This document shows, piece by piece, positions 1 through 9,456 of a DNA stretch of 64,000 nucleotides. Each line of letters begins with the position of its first letter. Position 1 is the stretch's first letter. This stretch comes from a virus. The stretch is from IMG/VR virus record IMGVR_UViG_3300022187_000017, positions 32,001 to 96,000 of that record; one strand, given 5' to 3'. Position numbers and translations under genes: made by a program. The notes beneath the pieces are model-generated. The model ran no database searches. It had not been told where the DNA came from and was given only the letters and a program-made list of their open reading frames with translations.

Positions 1-274
1 TATTATAGTCTGAAATTGATTTATTTACTATAGAATCAGCTCTATGGCTGGCCTCAGTGTATAACCTATAAATTGAATCACCTCTTTTGCTTATAGAATC
101 CATTTCATGCATCCAAATCTCTCTCTGATTAGCATGCTCCTTCAATAGATCCTTTGTTGGATCAGGGCCAAAGAATATAGCAATTCCAAACCCTATCACA
201 AGTGACAGAATCATGGTTATAAGAGTGCTCTTATTGTTACCTACAAATACTTTTATGCCTTCTTTATTCATCAT
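1..274 (-). CDS. membrane-anchored protein, 3'-truncated by the window edge (possible spanin-like)
   Basis: My translation MMNKEGIKVFVGNNKSTLITMILSLVIGFGIAIFFGPDPTKDLLKEH... stays open to position 1. One N-terminal TM helix; start overlaps the portal stop codon. Confidence 0.6.
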   Translation of the reverse strand, partial: MMNKEGIKVFVGNNKSTLITMILSLVIGFGIAIFFGPDPTKDLLKEHANQREIWMHEMDSISKRGDSIYRLYTEASHRADSIVNKSISDYN

Positions 275-2057
275 CTAGAGCTAATTTATTAAATAATTGC
301 ATAGCATCCTTCATCATTGGATTACCTTGATACTTCTGTAAGGTAGTTTCTAGAGCTTTCTGGAACCCTTCTTCATCTGGAGCACCTTCATCACCATCTC
401 CACCATCATCCACTCCTATATCATCCCATTCAGCAGCTGCATCTGTAGACTCTTCCTGCTGGCCTGCCATAGCATCACCTTGGTTCTTAGATAGCCATAT
501 TTGATTCATGATCATATCATCATCATCAATCTTATCTGCAAGTCCTCTCTTTCTTCTGACTTCTTTAAGTCCCATGAATGAACCTGCTGCTTTAATGTCC
601 TTATCTAGTTCCTTATCTTCTGACTCTATATCCAATCCTACAAATCTGAATCTGAAAGTTGAATCTATCTGCCAGATGATCCATTTGTTGATCCAGCTTT
701 CAATAGCCTTCAATAATGGATACAACCCTTTATCTCTGGAGAATTTCATCTTAGCTTCAGTCTCCTGTCCTGAGCTGCTATTTATACCTCCACCTTTATT
801 GAATTCTATTCCAATTTCCTCTGGAGCTATTTTATATAATGCACAAATGATCTTGATCAGGTATTCCTGCCACTCATTAAACTGCATATCTGCATTGTTC
901 TTATGTAGATCTATCCACTCAACACCTTCACCCTCTAATACAGGTATCTTGTGAGCATTCTTTGTGCCTACAACCATAGATCTCCACTCCTGCCTTAGCT
1001 CTGCTATCCTGTTTCTATTAAGTCCCTTAGATACCTTTAAAATACCTTTTGGATTTGAACCTTGAGTAAAAAACTTACCATTATACTGATCAGTATTTAA
1101 CTGCCATGTAATGATATTTATAAGATCTTCTAATTCTGACTTACCATATCCATTCTGGTAGATATCTGTTCTGGCATTTCTGACACCATACATAATCTCC
1201 CATGGATAGTAGTCACTTACTATCTTACCATCTACTACCTGCACATGAGAAGGATAATATCCCTTTATCTCTTTTGGCTTGGCTCCAGTTCTAGCTTCAT
1301 AGTTACCAGACTTATCTATATGAGCTTGATAAATAGTTCCTGCATCAACTGCAAAGTATCTTGAAGGATCTCCTCCTCTATTAGGCACTATTTCAGCTGT
1401 AGCTGCATCCAATGTAAGGGAATCCTCAACTATCTTTCTTAGAAAAACAGTAAATGTGTCTGACCCCCATAAAGTTTCACCTTCTTTCTTATCCCCTCCA
1501 TTGAGAAGGAAATTAGTTAAATATTTGACCTGCTTCTTATCCTTTAGTGACATCTTAGGCTCTTCATCTGTATAGAAGTCAGTTGGCTTCTTCTCAATGA
1601 CAAACCCCATATCATACTTCCCCTTTCTAGGAGATGAAAAATTTTCTATTTGTGATTGTCTTGTTGTTATTATAGCTCTAACCACTGTAGTAGAACCCAT
1701 CTTTCTAAGGAATCCGGGTGACAGTTGAGCTCTCTTAGTCTTAAATCCATGCTGAGAATACTGATTCAGATATGGATCTGACATAATAGTAACCCCACCC
1801 TCCTTATTCCTAGCATCTTCATCTAAGATCTCCTCTAGGAATGACTGAGCTTTAATAAGTGTTTTAGGATCATTTGATGACAATGCCTTCTCTAAGAGCA
1901 TGTTTTTCTCTACCTCTAGCAGCTGCTTCTCCAGACCTATTTCTTCAAGTCTGTCTGTTGGCTCAACTGTTGAAGTACTCTCATAATTTCGGTCAAGTGG
2001 TTGCACCTGCACCCCATCTCCAGTGGAGCTGGTAATATAGTTATAAGTGTACTGCAT
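264..2057 (-). CDS. phage portal protein (SPO1/Twort-like type)
   Basis: Motifs FLRKIVEDSLTLD, AVDAGTI, RTDIYQNGYGKSELE, YNGKFFTQGSNPKGIL, DMQFNEWQEYLIKIICALYKIAPEEIG; 597 aa. Confidence 0.9.
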   Translation of the reverse strand: MQYTYNYITSSTGDGVQVQPLDRNYESTSTVEPTDRLEEIGLEKQLLEVEKNMLLEKALSSNDPKTLIKAQSFLEEILDEDARNKEGGVTIMSDPYLNQYSQHGFKTKRAQLSPGFLRKMGSTTVVRAIITTRQSQIENFSSPRKGKYDMGFVIEKKPTDFYTDEEPKMSLKDKKQVKYLTNFLLNGGDKKEGETLWGSDTFTVFLRKIVEDSLTLDAATAEIVPNRGGDPSRYFAVDAGTIYQAHIDKSGNYEARTGAKPKEIKGYYPSHVQVVDGKIVSDYYPWEIMYGVRNARTDIYQNGYGKSELEDLINIITWQLNTDQYNGKFFTQGSNPKGILKVSKGLNRNRIAELRQEWRSMVVGTKNAHKIPVLEGEGVEWIDLHKNNADMQFNEWQEYLIKIICALYKIAPEEIGIEFNKGGGINSSSGQETEAKMKFSRDKGLYPLLKAIESWINKWIIWQIDSTFRFRFVGLDIESEDKELDKDIKAAGSFMGLKEVRRKRGLADKIDDDDMIMNQIWLSKNQGDAMAGQQEESTDAAAEWDDIGVDDGGDGDEGAPDEEGFQKALETTLQKYQGNPMMKDAMQLFNKLALDDE

Positions 2058-2063
2058 TTAACT

Positions 2064-2396
2064 TTAATTTAAGTCCTCATCCTCATCTTCAATAGCAAAT
2101 TCATCTGCATCTCTAACAAATAGAACTACAGTTTCATCTCCTTTGATGACTTCAACTCTTTTCAAAGATTCAATTTCAGATAAGATCATAGCTGTATCTT
2201 CACCTTTCTCAAGTGCATCAGCCTTAAACTTCTCAATTGATCCTTGATCAAATATGTCATAGCCTACACTATATTTCTCATTGAACTGCTCTTGAGTCAT
2301 CCCTTTTAAGATGACTTCATCAGCATTTGAGAATCGACTAATCAAAGTAGATCTTTCTGCTGCTCTTTTAGATTGTATTTCTGATCTAATATCCAT
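2064..2396 (-). CDS. hypothetical acidic protein, possible internal head protein
   Basis: Adjacent to portal; repeated ILKG/LEKG/VIKG motifs. Confidence 0.55.
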   Translation of the reverse strand: MDIRSEIQSKRAAERSTLISRFSNADEVILKGMTQEQFNEKYSVGYDIFDQGSIEKFKADALEKGEDTAMILSEIESLKRVEVIKGDETVVLFVRDADEFAIEDEDEDLN

Positions 2397-2998
2397 TATA
2401 CTAATAATTTTAACATTTGTCCTGACAATTCCACTTCAGATTTATCTCCAAGTGAATTAATTATACCATCAATGAACAGCTTATCAGCTGACTTACTAAT
2501 GTAAGAGCTAACACAGTTATTATATTCATTCATGTATTTTTTTATATCTGCAGATTTCTCAACCTGAACATCTCCCATTTTAGTTAGATCTGAAGATCCA
2601 TAGTCTCCACCCATTGTAACTGGCTCATCATAAGATTTGATTTCTCTCTCTTTACCATACTTCTGCTCATAAGTGAACATATTGGGTAAATATGGAAATG
2701 CCTCTTTCCTCAATCCTTGTAGAGTGTATGAAGAAGGTGCCTTCATTGGAATGTCATTACATCCAAAAGACTTTATCATAGATAGAGCAATAGCCATCTT
2801 TGATTTCAACTCTTGACAATGAGATTCTAATGATATCCCTACCTTGGCCAGTAATACTTTGAGCTCCTTACCATTCTTCTTGATCTCAAATCCTTTACCA
2901 TAAGTGAAGTCATCTATTATCCCCTTAGATAGATCTAAATCCTTAGAGGATCTTATAGCCTTCTCTAACTTTACTAAATTTATTTCTTTTGCTTCCAT
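2396..2998 (-). CDS. hypothetical protein, possible internal head protein
   Basis: TAATG-coupled to the next gene; LEKA/LSKG/VEKS/ISKS motifs. Confidence 0.55.
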   Translation of the reverse strand: MEAKEINLVKLEKAIRSSKDLDLSKGIIDDFTYGKGFEIKKNGKELKVLLAKVGISLESHCQELKSKMAIALSMIKSFGCNDIPMKAPSSYTLQGLRKEAFPYLPNMFTYEQKYGKEREIKSYDEPVTMGGDYGSSDLTKMGDVQVEKSADIKKYMNEYNNCVSSYISKSADKLFIDGIINSLGDKSEVELSGQMLKLLV

Positions 2999-3060
2999 TT
3001 TTTATTGACTAAATATGTCTAATGATTACAATATAAGGAAAATTTATTTCTATATAAACA

Positions 3061-3089
3061 AAAAGGCCTTAAATTAATTAAGGCCTTTT
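3061..3089. terminator. intrinsic terminator, symmetric and potentially bidirectional
   Basis: AAAAGGCCTTAA-ATTAA-TTAAGGCCTTTT perfect inverted repeat with A/T tails. Confidence 0.8.
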
Positions 3090-3176
3090 CGCATTGCGTA
3101 AAAAGAGAATAGAGATTGTGATTAATATCACATAGAAGTAATATACGTCTATTATTCTATACTCCAACTACTAGAC

Positions 3177-3632
3177 CTACTTTTTTTCTTTATTTTCTAT
3201 AAAGTTTTTTCTGGAGGCCTCCCTTAGCTGCAAATGCTTCTTTGTAACTGGGATTTTATCTCCTACTTTTAGGTTCATTTTCTTCAACTGGCCAGTGATA
3301 TCCATCTCAACATCAATCTCATCTATCACCATCTCTTGATCAGCTGGCTCCTCTGGCTGTGCTGGCTGTGCTAATGCATTTGATATAGATGATTGTAATA
3401 CACCTACAGCTGCAAAGAAGTCAATCTCCTTCTGAGTCCTTGTAAGAATCAGAGTCTTAACCTGATTGTTCTTCAGTTTGTCAACTACAATCCTGTAATC
3501 AACCTCTTCTGGGATAGGGATCTCTGAGATACTTATATTATTTAGATCCACAATCTCCTGTTTTTCTTTTGCACCCTCTACAGCTTCTGTAGCTTTAATG
3601 GCATCTTTTTTCTCGTCTTTTACTACTTCCAT
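3177..3632 (-). CDS. hypothetical protein
   Basis: 151-aa ORF with a TATATTTG promoter element upstream (3668-3675). Confidence 0.65.
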   Translation of the reverse strand: MEVVKDEKKDAIKATEAVEGAKEKQEIVDLNNISISEIPIPEEVDYRIVVDKLKNNQVKTLILTRTQKEIDFFAAVGVLQSSISNALAQPAQPEEPADQEMVIDEIDVEMDITGQLKKMNLKVGDKIPVTKKHLQLREASRKNFIENKEKK

Positions 3633-3713
3633 TTTTACATTTTAGATTATTTATTATTTTTATGCTCCAAATATAGTGATTATATAGATACCAAAAAAAT
3701 ATTCATAGAACTA

Positions 3714-4346
3714 TTAATCCTCTGGCATGATCTCATTCTCCTCATCCTTTGGTAAATTATAGTCTCCATTCTCACTAAAATCTGATTCATCATACCCTCC
3801 TCTATATTGATCACCCCTCCTATTATTATCTTTCCAGTCATCATTTCTGGTGCCTCCTTCTATAACATATAATAGCCTATCTACTTTCTTTCTTATCCAG
3901 TCAGCCATCAACTTAATAGAATATGATACTGCATCAAATTCTGTTAACTCCTGTCCTGTTCTTATTGAATATAGATTACCTAGTGTAGAGTACCCCTCAT
4001 GCAGTGATAGGATCATTAGTCCCCAATTAAGCATCTTTACTGCATCATCTGTAAATAGTGAATATATTGTTGCTAATATAACTGGAAAGATCAGCATAAC
4101 GAACTTAGAGGCTACCCTTCTAAGTCCTGTTTTGCTGTCTGGCCTTCTCATAGTTGGAACCACTATTGACTTTACAATACCTGTAATAATATCAAATGTC
4201 CACAGTAGTAGAAATACCCCTAGGAATTTAACATTTACCCCATAATCTGCTAACCAATATAACATAGATGCACCAAAGTAAGGTGCTGATTTTAATAGTC
4301 CAGTAAAACTCATGTCTATTTTTAGTATTCTATCAAGCATTATCAA
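3714..4346 (-). CDS. holin (Phage_holin_4_1-like)
   Basis: Several TM helices; DIITGIVKS...DSKTGLRRVASKF...EGYSTLGNL pattern; charged C-terminal tail. Confidence 0.75.
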   Translation of the reverse strand: MIMLDRILKIDMSFTGLLKSAPYFGASMLYWLADYGVNVKFLGVFLLLWTFDIITGIVKSIVVPTMRRPDSKTGLRRVASKFVMLIFPVILATIYSLFTDDAVKMLNWGLMILSLHEGYSTLGNLYSIRTGQELTEFDAVSYSIKLMADWIRKKVDRLLYVIEGGTRNDDWKDNNRRGDQYRGGYDESDFSENGDYNLPKDEENEIMPED

Positions 4347-4366
4347 TTGATTTATGCGGTTTTTAT

Positions 4367-5296
4367 TTATCCTATCTTTCTAATTATAAAGTCTAATTCA
4401 CTCTCTCCACCTGTTGTATCCTCAAGTCCATTAAGATCTGCCAATACTTCCTGCCCTGCTGCTACTAGAGCATCTCTAATAGCTTTTCCTTGATATGGGC
4501 TATGTTCCTGATCAAATAAAATACAATCATCCACAACTAACTCCAATGAACTTGCTGACCATACCCTAGTAGGTACTGACTTCACTGCTATATTAGAGAG
4601 CATATCATAATAACTATCTCTTAATGTAGTAAATGTTGGATCTTCAAAATCACTCCATTCATCAAATCCATTACCATATGTTCTATCAACTCTTTGCTTT
4701 GCAGCTGGATCATCATCATATTGGCAGCTTACATCATAACCACTGGATACAAAGTCAGCAAATATGACTGACTCCCATTGAGGATACCAATATCCTGCCT
4801 GTGGGCCTTGTAGTGCTATTGCAACTACATCAGCATCTTCATCTTCAATGGCACTTCCACCACCTGCAGCAAAAGTATTATAGCCTATGTGTTGAGCTAT
4901 ACCTGTACCTGCAGAGCTACCTCTTATTACAAATTTGTTTTTATCAAGATTGAAGAATGTTGCCCAGAACTTTAGAAACTTCACTGCTCTTACTCCTGAG
5001 TCAAATGCTTTTCTAAATCCATTTAATTCAATATCTGTATTTACAAAAGGATAGTTTACTGTAGCTATTGCAATACCATTGGATAAGAAGTTCTCTACAT
5101 CAGTTAGACTTATACCAGTCTTATCTAATGCAACAAAACCACCACCATGAAAATGTACTACTATACCTGTTGTGGGTACTGAAGTAGGTATCCATATATC
5201 TAACACCTCTTTATTCTCATACCCATATTGAATATTATTATAAAAAGTATGAGGTGTTACCAATGTATGGTATGAAGATGATGATATAAACCCCAT
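4367..5296 (-). CDS. alpha/beta-hydrolase (HSL-like esterase)
   Basis: LDIWIP, HGGGF oxyanion motif, VNY, GSSAG nucleophile elbow. Confidence 0.85.
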   Translation of the reverse strand: MGFISSSSYHTLVTPHTFYNNIQYGYENKEVLDIWIPTSVPTTGIVVHFHGGGFVALDKTGISLTDVENFLSNGIAIATVNYPFVNTDIELNGFRKAFDSGVRAVKFLKFWATFFNLDKNKFVIRGSSAGTGIAQHIGYNTFAAGGGSAIEDEDADVVAIALQGPQAGYWYPQWESVIFADFVSSGYDVSCQYDDDPAAKQRVDRTYGNGFDEWSDFEDPTFTTLRDSYYDMLSNIAVKSVPTRVWSASSLELVVDDCILFDQEHSPYQGKAIRDALVAAGQEVLADLNGLEDTTGGESELDFIIRKIG

Positions 5297-5299
5297 ATA

Positions 5300-6334
5300 T
5301 TACCAAGTTGCAAATGTTAGTGAGGCTCTTGTCCAAACATTATCTGCATCACATTTATAAACAAAATCTCCTACCACTCTCCTTTCTCCTGCTTTACCAG
5401 AGGCAGTAGCACTTGCTGGAGCAACTGATCCTCCAAAGAACCCGTCTATCTCTTTTACCTGCCCACCAGCATCAACACCTAATGATCTAGTTGTTACTCC
5501 AATGGTAGTAGCATCTTGATCAGCATGTGCAAATCCTTGTACATAAGTTCCTGTACCATAATTGGATAATTCAAATCCTTTATCAAAAGAACTATAATAA
5601 GGAGTAAACCATGCTCTAGCAAGTCCTCCCCCGGGTGTTCCTGATACTCGAATCTCTACTGAGGGTTCTGTATCAAATCTAGAATTTGTAAGTGTCTTAG
5701 TTGCCTGTTGTACATAAGCATATCCATCCCCAGTACGACTATTGGCTATTCTAGTTACCCAATCTGTACTTACATCTAAATCATCAGGAAATACAGAGAA
5801 ACTAGCTAATTGTGCTGGTACTAATGATTGTATTCCAACTCCTACAGACATTTTACCTGCCGCTCCACTGGCTGCACTTACATCTCCATTATAAAGGAAT
5901 GACCTATATCCAGCTTGACCACCTACCCCAAACCAGTCAAATAAATTTGCCTCTATATTATCAGCAGGCACTCCTAATTCACTTAATACATTTTGTCCAC
6001 CGAATTGAACTCTAGATATTGCTCCTGATGTCCAAGTGTAATCAAATTTTACACCTCCAGTTGCTCCAACTTGAGTTCCTACTATATCCAATTGCTCTTC
6101 TGGAGTAGCCTCACCTAGTCCTAATTTGGCTGTTCTGTAGGCATCTACTGTTATGTCTGTATTTGGTAATCCTGTACCTACATCAGCTAATGGAGAATCT
6201 GTTCCATCTTCTTTGATAAGTAGATTGAGTAGTTTATCTAAGATCTCTACTGCCTTATTTTGCACAGGCTCATTACCCGGATTGTTTGCTGCCTTAACTA
6301 GTAGTGCTAAAAATTGTTCTGTATTTGTTGCCAT
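5300..6334 (-). CDS. putative tail/head fibre protein
   Basis: Gly/Thr-rich; LGLGEATPEEQLDIVG fibre repeat; C-terminal PASATASGKAGE...FVYKC...NVWTRASL..W fibre-type domain. Confidence 0.7.
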   Translation of the reverse strand: MATNTEQFLALLVKAANNPGNEPVQNKAVEILDKLLNLLIKEDGTDSPLADVGTGLPNTDITVDAYRTAKLGLGEATPEEQLDIVGTQVGATGGVKFDYTWTSGAISRVQFGGQNVLSELGVPADNIEANLFDWFGVGGQAGYRSFLYNGDVSAASGAAGKMSVGVGIQSLVPAQLASFSVFPDDLDVSTDWVTRIANSRTGDGYAYVQQATKTLTNSRFDTEPSVEIRVSGTPGGGLARAWFTPYYSSFDKGFELSNYGTGTYVQGFAHADQDATTIGVTTRSLGVDAGGQVKEIDGFFGGSVAPASATASGKAGERRVVGDFVYKCDADNVWTRASLTFATW

Positions 6335-6343
6335 CTTATATAC

Positions 6344-6386
6344 TATTAATTGTAATCATCAATTGTGAACATTAGTTTTAATGCCC
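6344..6386 (-). pseudogene. relic 3' end of a paralogue of the 7218-7796 gene
   Basis: 22-nt identity (tattaattgtaatcatcaattg) between 6344-6365 and 7216-7237; reads ALKLMFTIDDYN* versus TLQLLFSIDDYN*. Confidence 0.75.
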
Positions 6387-6405
6387 TTCTGATCTACTTT
6401 TACCA

Positions 6406-7200
6406 TTATGAACCGTTACGAACCCAATAACTTACAAATAACCTATCTCCTGCTGCTACTACATAGTTATTAGGAATTATCAAATCCCCATCTGAAGGAT
6501 TATAACTTGGATTGGTCACACTAAATGTTCTCTCTAATGCTTGAGTAGAGTCAACTATTATTCTTGCATCTGATGCTCCCATATCTGGAGCTTGAAAAGA
6601 TACTGTAGCAAAAAAAAGTTCTCCTAATGGTGAATTGAATCCTAGAGTCTCACCAGCCAATACTGCTTCTAATGATAACAACTCTGGTTGAAGATCAAAT
6701 GATACATCTGAGAATCCTGATATATCTTTAACTAATACTGCTTCTTCATCTCCCACACCTGCATATACAAATGTTACATCTTCTGTTGATGCATCTGGAA
6801 ATGTTACTCTAAATACTGCTGTAAATGAATCTAAGGTTACTGCATTATCATCATCAGCCTTCTTGAATGAGTACTTCATTGTATCATTTCCTATAGAAGA
6901 TGTTGCTACCTCTGGAGTAAGTCTGATATCTAGTGCATTGAAAACGGATGTTTCATGGCTAACCTCTGTCACTACCCCTCCTTCAGGAACTCCTAAATCA
7001 GCATAGTTTTCATATGTTCCTGCTGTATCTACTATTATTCTACCATCAATAGATCCAGATGCTATTGCTAATTCCTCTATTAATTCTGCTAGTGGATTCG
7101 CCATCTCTTCTCTGATAGTATCCAAACCTGCAGAATTAGCAGTTATCTTTTCTATTATACTAATAAGATCCTTTGCTGATTTTTGTTTATTTATTGCCAT
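6406..7200 (-). CDS. putative virion fibre/decoration protein
   Basis: N-terminus similar to that of 10292-11023; acidic, beta-rich body. Confidence 0.6.
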   Translation of the reverse strand: MAINKQKSAKDLISIIEKITANSAGLDTIREEMANPLAELIEELAIASGSIDGRIIVDTAGTYENYADLGVPEGGVVTEVSHETSVFNALDIRLTPEVATSSIGNDTMKYSFKKADDDNAVTLDSFTAVFRVTFPDASTEDVTFVYAGVGDEEAVLVKDISGFSDVSFDLQPELLSLEAVLAGETLGFNSPLGELFFATVSFQAPDMGASDARIIVDSTQALERTFSVTNPSYNPSDGDLIIPNNYVVAAGDRLFVSYWVRNGS

Positions 7201-7217
7201 GTCTTGTTTATTAATTA

Positions 7218-7796
7218 TTAATTGTAATCATCAATTGAGAATAGTAACTGTAGTGTCCAGTCTCCATCTCCTAATGTTGCATCTCCTGTATTGGCTTTCA
7301 ACATCACCCTATCATTAAATGACATAGGATCTCCAGTTGCTCCTGACTTATCTATTCTTCTTAAATAGTCTGCTGCATCATTTGGTGCTGCTAATACTAC
7401 AATTGTCTGTCCTAGAGTCTCATAATAAACTTCCATATCAGCTGGGAAGTTAAAATTAACTCCATTATGAACTAATCTTTCAGATCCTGCAATGAATCTG
7501 TATGTTTTAAGTGATCCGGGTGCTGGAGCTATCTCCTGTGGAGTAGTATTCAATGCTTTTGCTTCTGCTGGAGTTAGTGGTAGTATAAACTTCTCAATAA
7601 CTGTATTTGATGCTGCTGCAACTGCTGTCCATTTCGTACTAACATCAGTGGCAAATGTTCCTGATGTGTGAGCTGTATTACATAAATATATTGCTCCTGT
7701 TTGGGTTATACAATCACCTACTTGATAAGCTACTCCTGTTACCCATGCTGTAAGTTGAATTGCTGTTTTTGATATGACTCTTCCTTTGAACTCCAT
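7218..7796 (-). CDS. virion protein with N-terminal CBM5/12-like carbohydrate-binding module
   Basis: AWVTGVAYQVGDCITQTGAIYLCNTAHTS...W matches the CBM5/12 (ChtBD3) pattern. Confidence 0.7.
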   Translation of the reverse strand: MEFKGRVISKTAIQLTAWVTGVAYQVGDCITQTGAIYLCNTAHTSGTFATDVSTKWTAVAAASNTVIEKFILPLTPAEAKALNTTPQEIAPAPGSLKTYRFIAGSERLVHNGVNFNFPADMEVYYETLGQTIVVLAAPNDAADYLRRIDKSGATGDPMSFNDRVMLKANTGDATLGDGDWTLQLLFSIDDYN

Positions 7797-7797
7797 G

Positions 7798-8661
7798 TTA
7801 TATAATTATTGCTCTTCCGTTAAATTCTAACCCAACACCTACTGTAATTGTTACATCCCCATTTGTTGGATCTACATTGACTGAATCCACACCTATTACA
7901 TTATCTGTTGCATCATCAATCACTTGCACTATTGGATTAACTCCCTTCCCATGGACTGCTCCTGTTACAGTTACTGCTTCAGATGAAAAGTCTCCAATGA
8001 CGAATTCAAATGTATATTTGAACCCTGATGCAATTCCTGCCAGAGATACTGAACTATTAAATCCTCCATTGGCTCCTGTGAAGTTAAGGCTACTACCTAC
8101 TATTTCTACATTTGAAATTACTCCATCTGCTGCTGCTGATGTAGTTGTGACTGGAGTATATACTGTCTTATATGTTATTGCATCTGTATCTACTGTGAAC
8201 CCTGCTACATTGGTAAGATTGTATGGCTGAAACATCTTTCCTCCATTTACTCCTCCATTGTGAACTACTATCAGATGATTCCCCAATACTGATGTTGAGA
8301 ATCGATCTGGCCTTGTTAAGTTTCCTGCTCCATCTGCTTCATACAATCCATTCTGAGTAGCTACTGTCTGGCCATATAGCAATACTATAGATCCTGCTAC
8401 CAACCCCACACCATCTACTGATGTTATTCCTGTGAGTGCTGAATTATCACTGTCAGCTGCATCTGCCTTGAATACTGACTCTTCTGATGATAGAGGAACC
8501 CATGCTGAGTTAATGAAGTCATACCTCATCAATGTTACTTCAGCTCCTAGTGCCACTGTTTCCTTTGCCCAGAGCACATATGTCTTTGGTGTTACTAGAT
8601 CACTCTCTAGTGGTTGTGTAAAGGATTTGACTAATCCTACTATGTTTCCAAAATCTGCCAT
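7798..8661 (-). CDS. tail/head fibre protein
   Basis: LTGITSVDGVGLVAGSIVLLYGQTVATQNGLY...LTR resembles a widespread phage fibre domain. Confidence 0.7.
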   Translation of the reverse strand: MADFGNIVGLVKSFTQPLESDLVTPKTYVLWAKETVALGAEVTLMRYDFINSAWVPLSSEESVFKADAADSDNSALTGITSVDGVGLVAGSIVLLYGQTVATQNGLYEADGAGNLTRPDRFSTSVLGNHLIVVHNGGVNGGKMFQPYNLTNVAGFTVDTDAITYKTVYTPVTTTSAAADGVISNVEIVGSSLNFTGANGGFNSSVSLAGIASGFKYTFEFVIGDFSSEAVTVTGAVHGKGVNPIVQVIDDATDNVIGVDSVNVDPTNGDVTITVGVGLEFNGRAIII

Positions 8662-8903
8662 TAGTTATTATTAAATTGCATGTTCTTATATGGATCAAAA
8701 TAGAACCTGTCTATCTGAGATCCTGATCCTGCTAAATTACCACTAGCATCTAGTACTGCAGTAAATTGTGCTGAAGGATCTGTAATGTCTAGATTGCCAT
8801 AAGCATCTATAGTGAAGGTCACTAGTGTAGTAACTCCAGATGCTGTCAGAGCTTCTTCTGCACAGATCTCCTTCTTTATATCACAAAGGCTCCTGCAGTT
8901 CAT
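8661..8903 (-). CDS. small virion-associated hypothetical protein
   Basis: Repeated D..GNL motifs; coupled to the fibre gene. Confidence 0.55.
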   Translation of the reverse strand: MNCRSLCDIKKEICAEEALTASGVTTLVTFTIDAYGNLDITDPSAQFTAVLDASGNLAGSGSQIDRFYFDPYKNMQFNNN

Positions 8904-8904
8904 C

Positions 8905-9288
8905 TTAGTGAGGTTTACCTGTTACTACGATTACTACCTTACCTACTGATCCCCAAGTTATAGCTGATAGATCCATCTTGAAGTATCTTGCTAAGTGTTG
9001 TGGTACAACTTGCATTGCTGTACTATTTGCAACCATTGCAAGACTAAAAGCAGTGCTATAAGCTATCCCTGCTGCTCCTTTAATCCCAGCTTCTGTTGCT
9101 GTAATTGTTCCAGAAGTTCCTGTTGCTCCAATATGCTGAACTGTAACTGCTATTGTTTTACAAGATAAGAAGTCAAACCATAAGTTCTGTCTGATTGATT
9201 CTCCTGCTCCTAAATCTATATCTATTTTATATTCCCTTGAAGTTGGGCCTTGATAATCCTTAAAATCTTTGATCTTAGCTGATGCCAT
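8905..9288 (-). CDS. hypothetical beta-sandwich-like protein
   Basis: 127-aa ORF heading the fibre operon. Confidence 0.6.
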   Translation of the reverse strand: MASAKIKDFKDYQGPTSREYKIDIDLGAGESIRQNLWFDFLSCKTIAVTVQHIGATGTSGTITATEAGIKGAAGIAYSTAFSLAMVANSTAMQVVPQHLARYFKMDLSAITWGSVGKVVIVVTGKPH

Positions 9289-9391
9289 AATATATATATT
9301 TGTCTCGACTCTTAAATTCCCTGTGAGTCATAAATTAAACTTAACTATCACTTAATATACTGATTTTTTCTTTAACAAGATCTATTTTTAT

Positions 9392-9429
9392 AAAAAAGAA
9401 AAGCCAAAACATTTCTGCTCTGACCTCTC
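9392..9429 (-). terminator. intrinsic terminator after the sulfotransferase
   Basis: GAGAGGTCAGAGCA-GAAA-TGTTTTGGCTTTTC followed by T6. The 14-bp stem relies on G.U pairs that form only on the minus strand. Confidence 0.75.
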
Positions 9430-9456
9430 CCCATCATGAAAAAAATTATCTTTATA

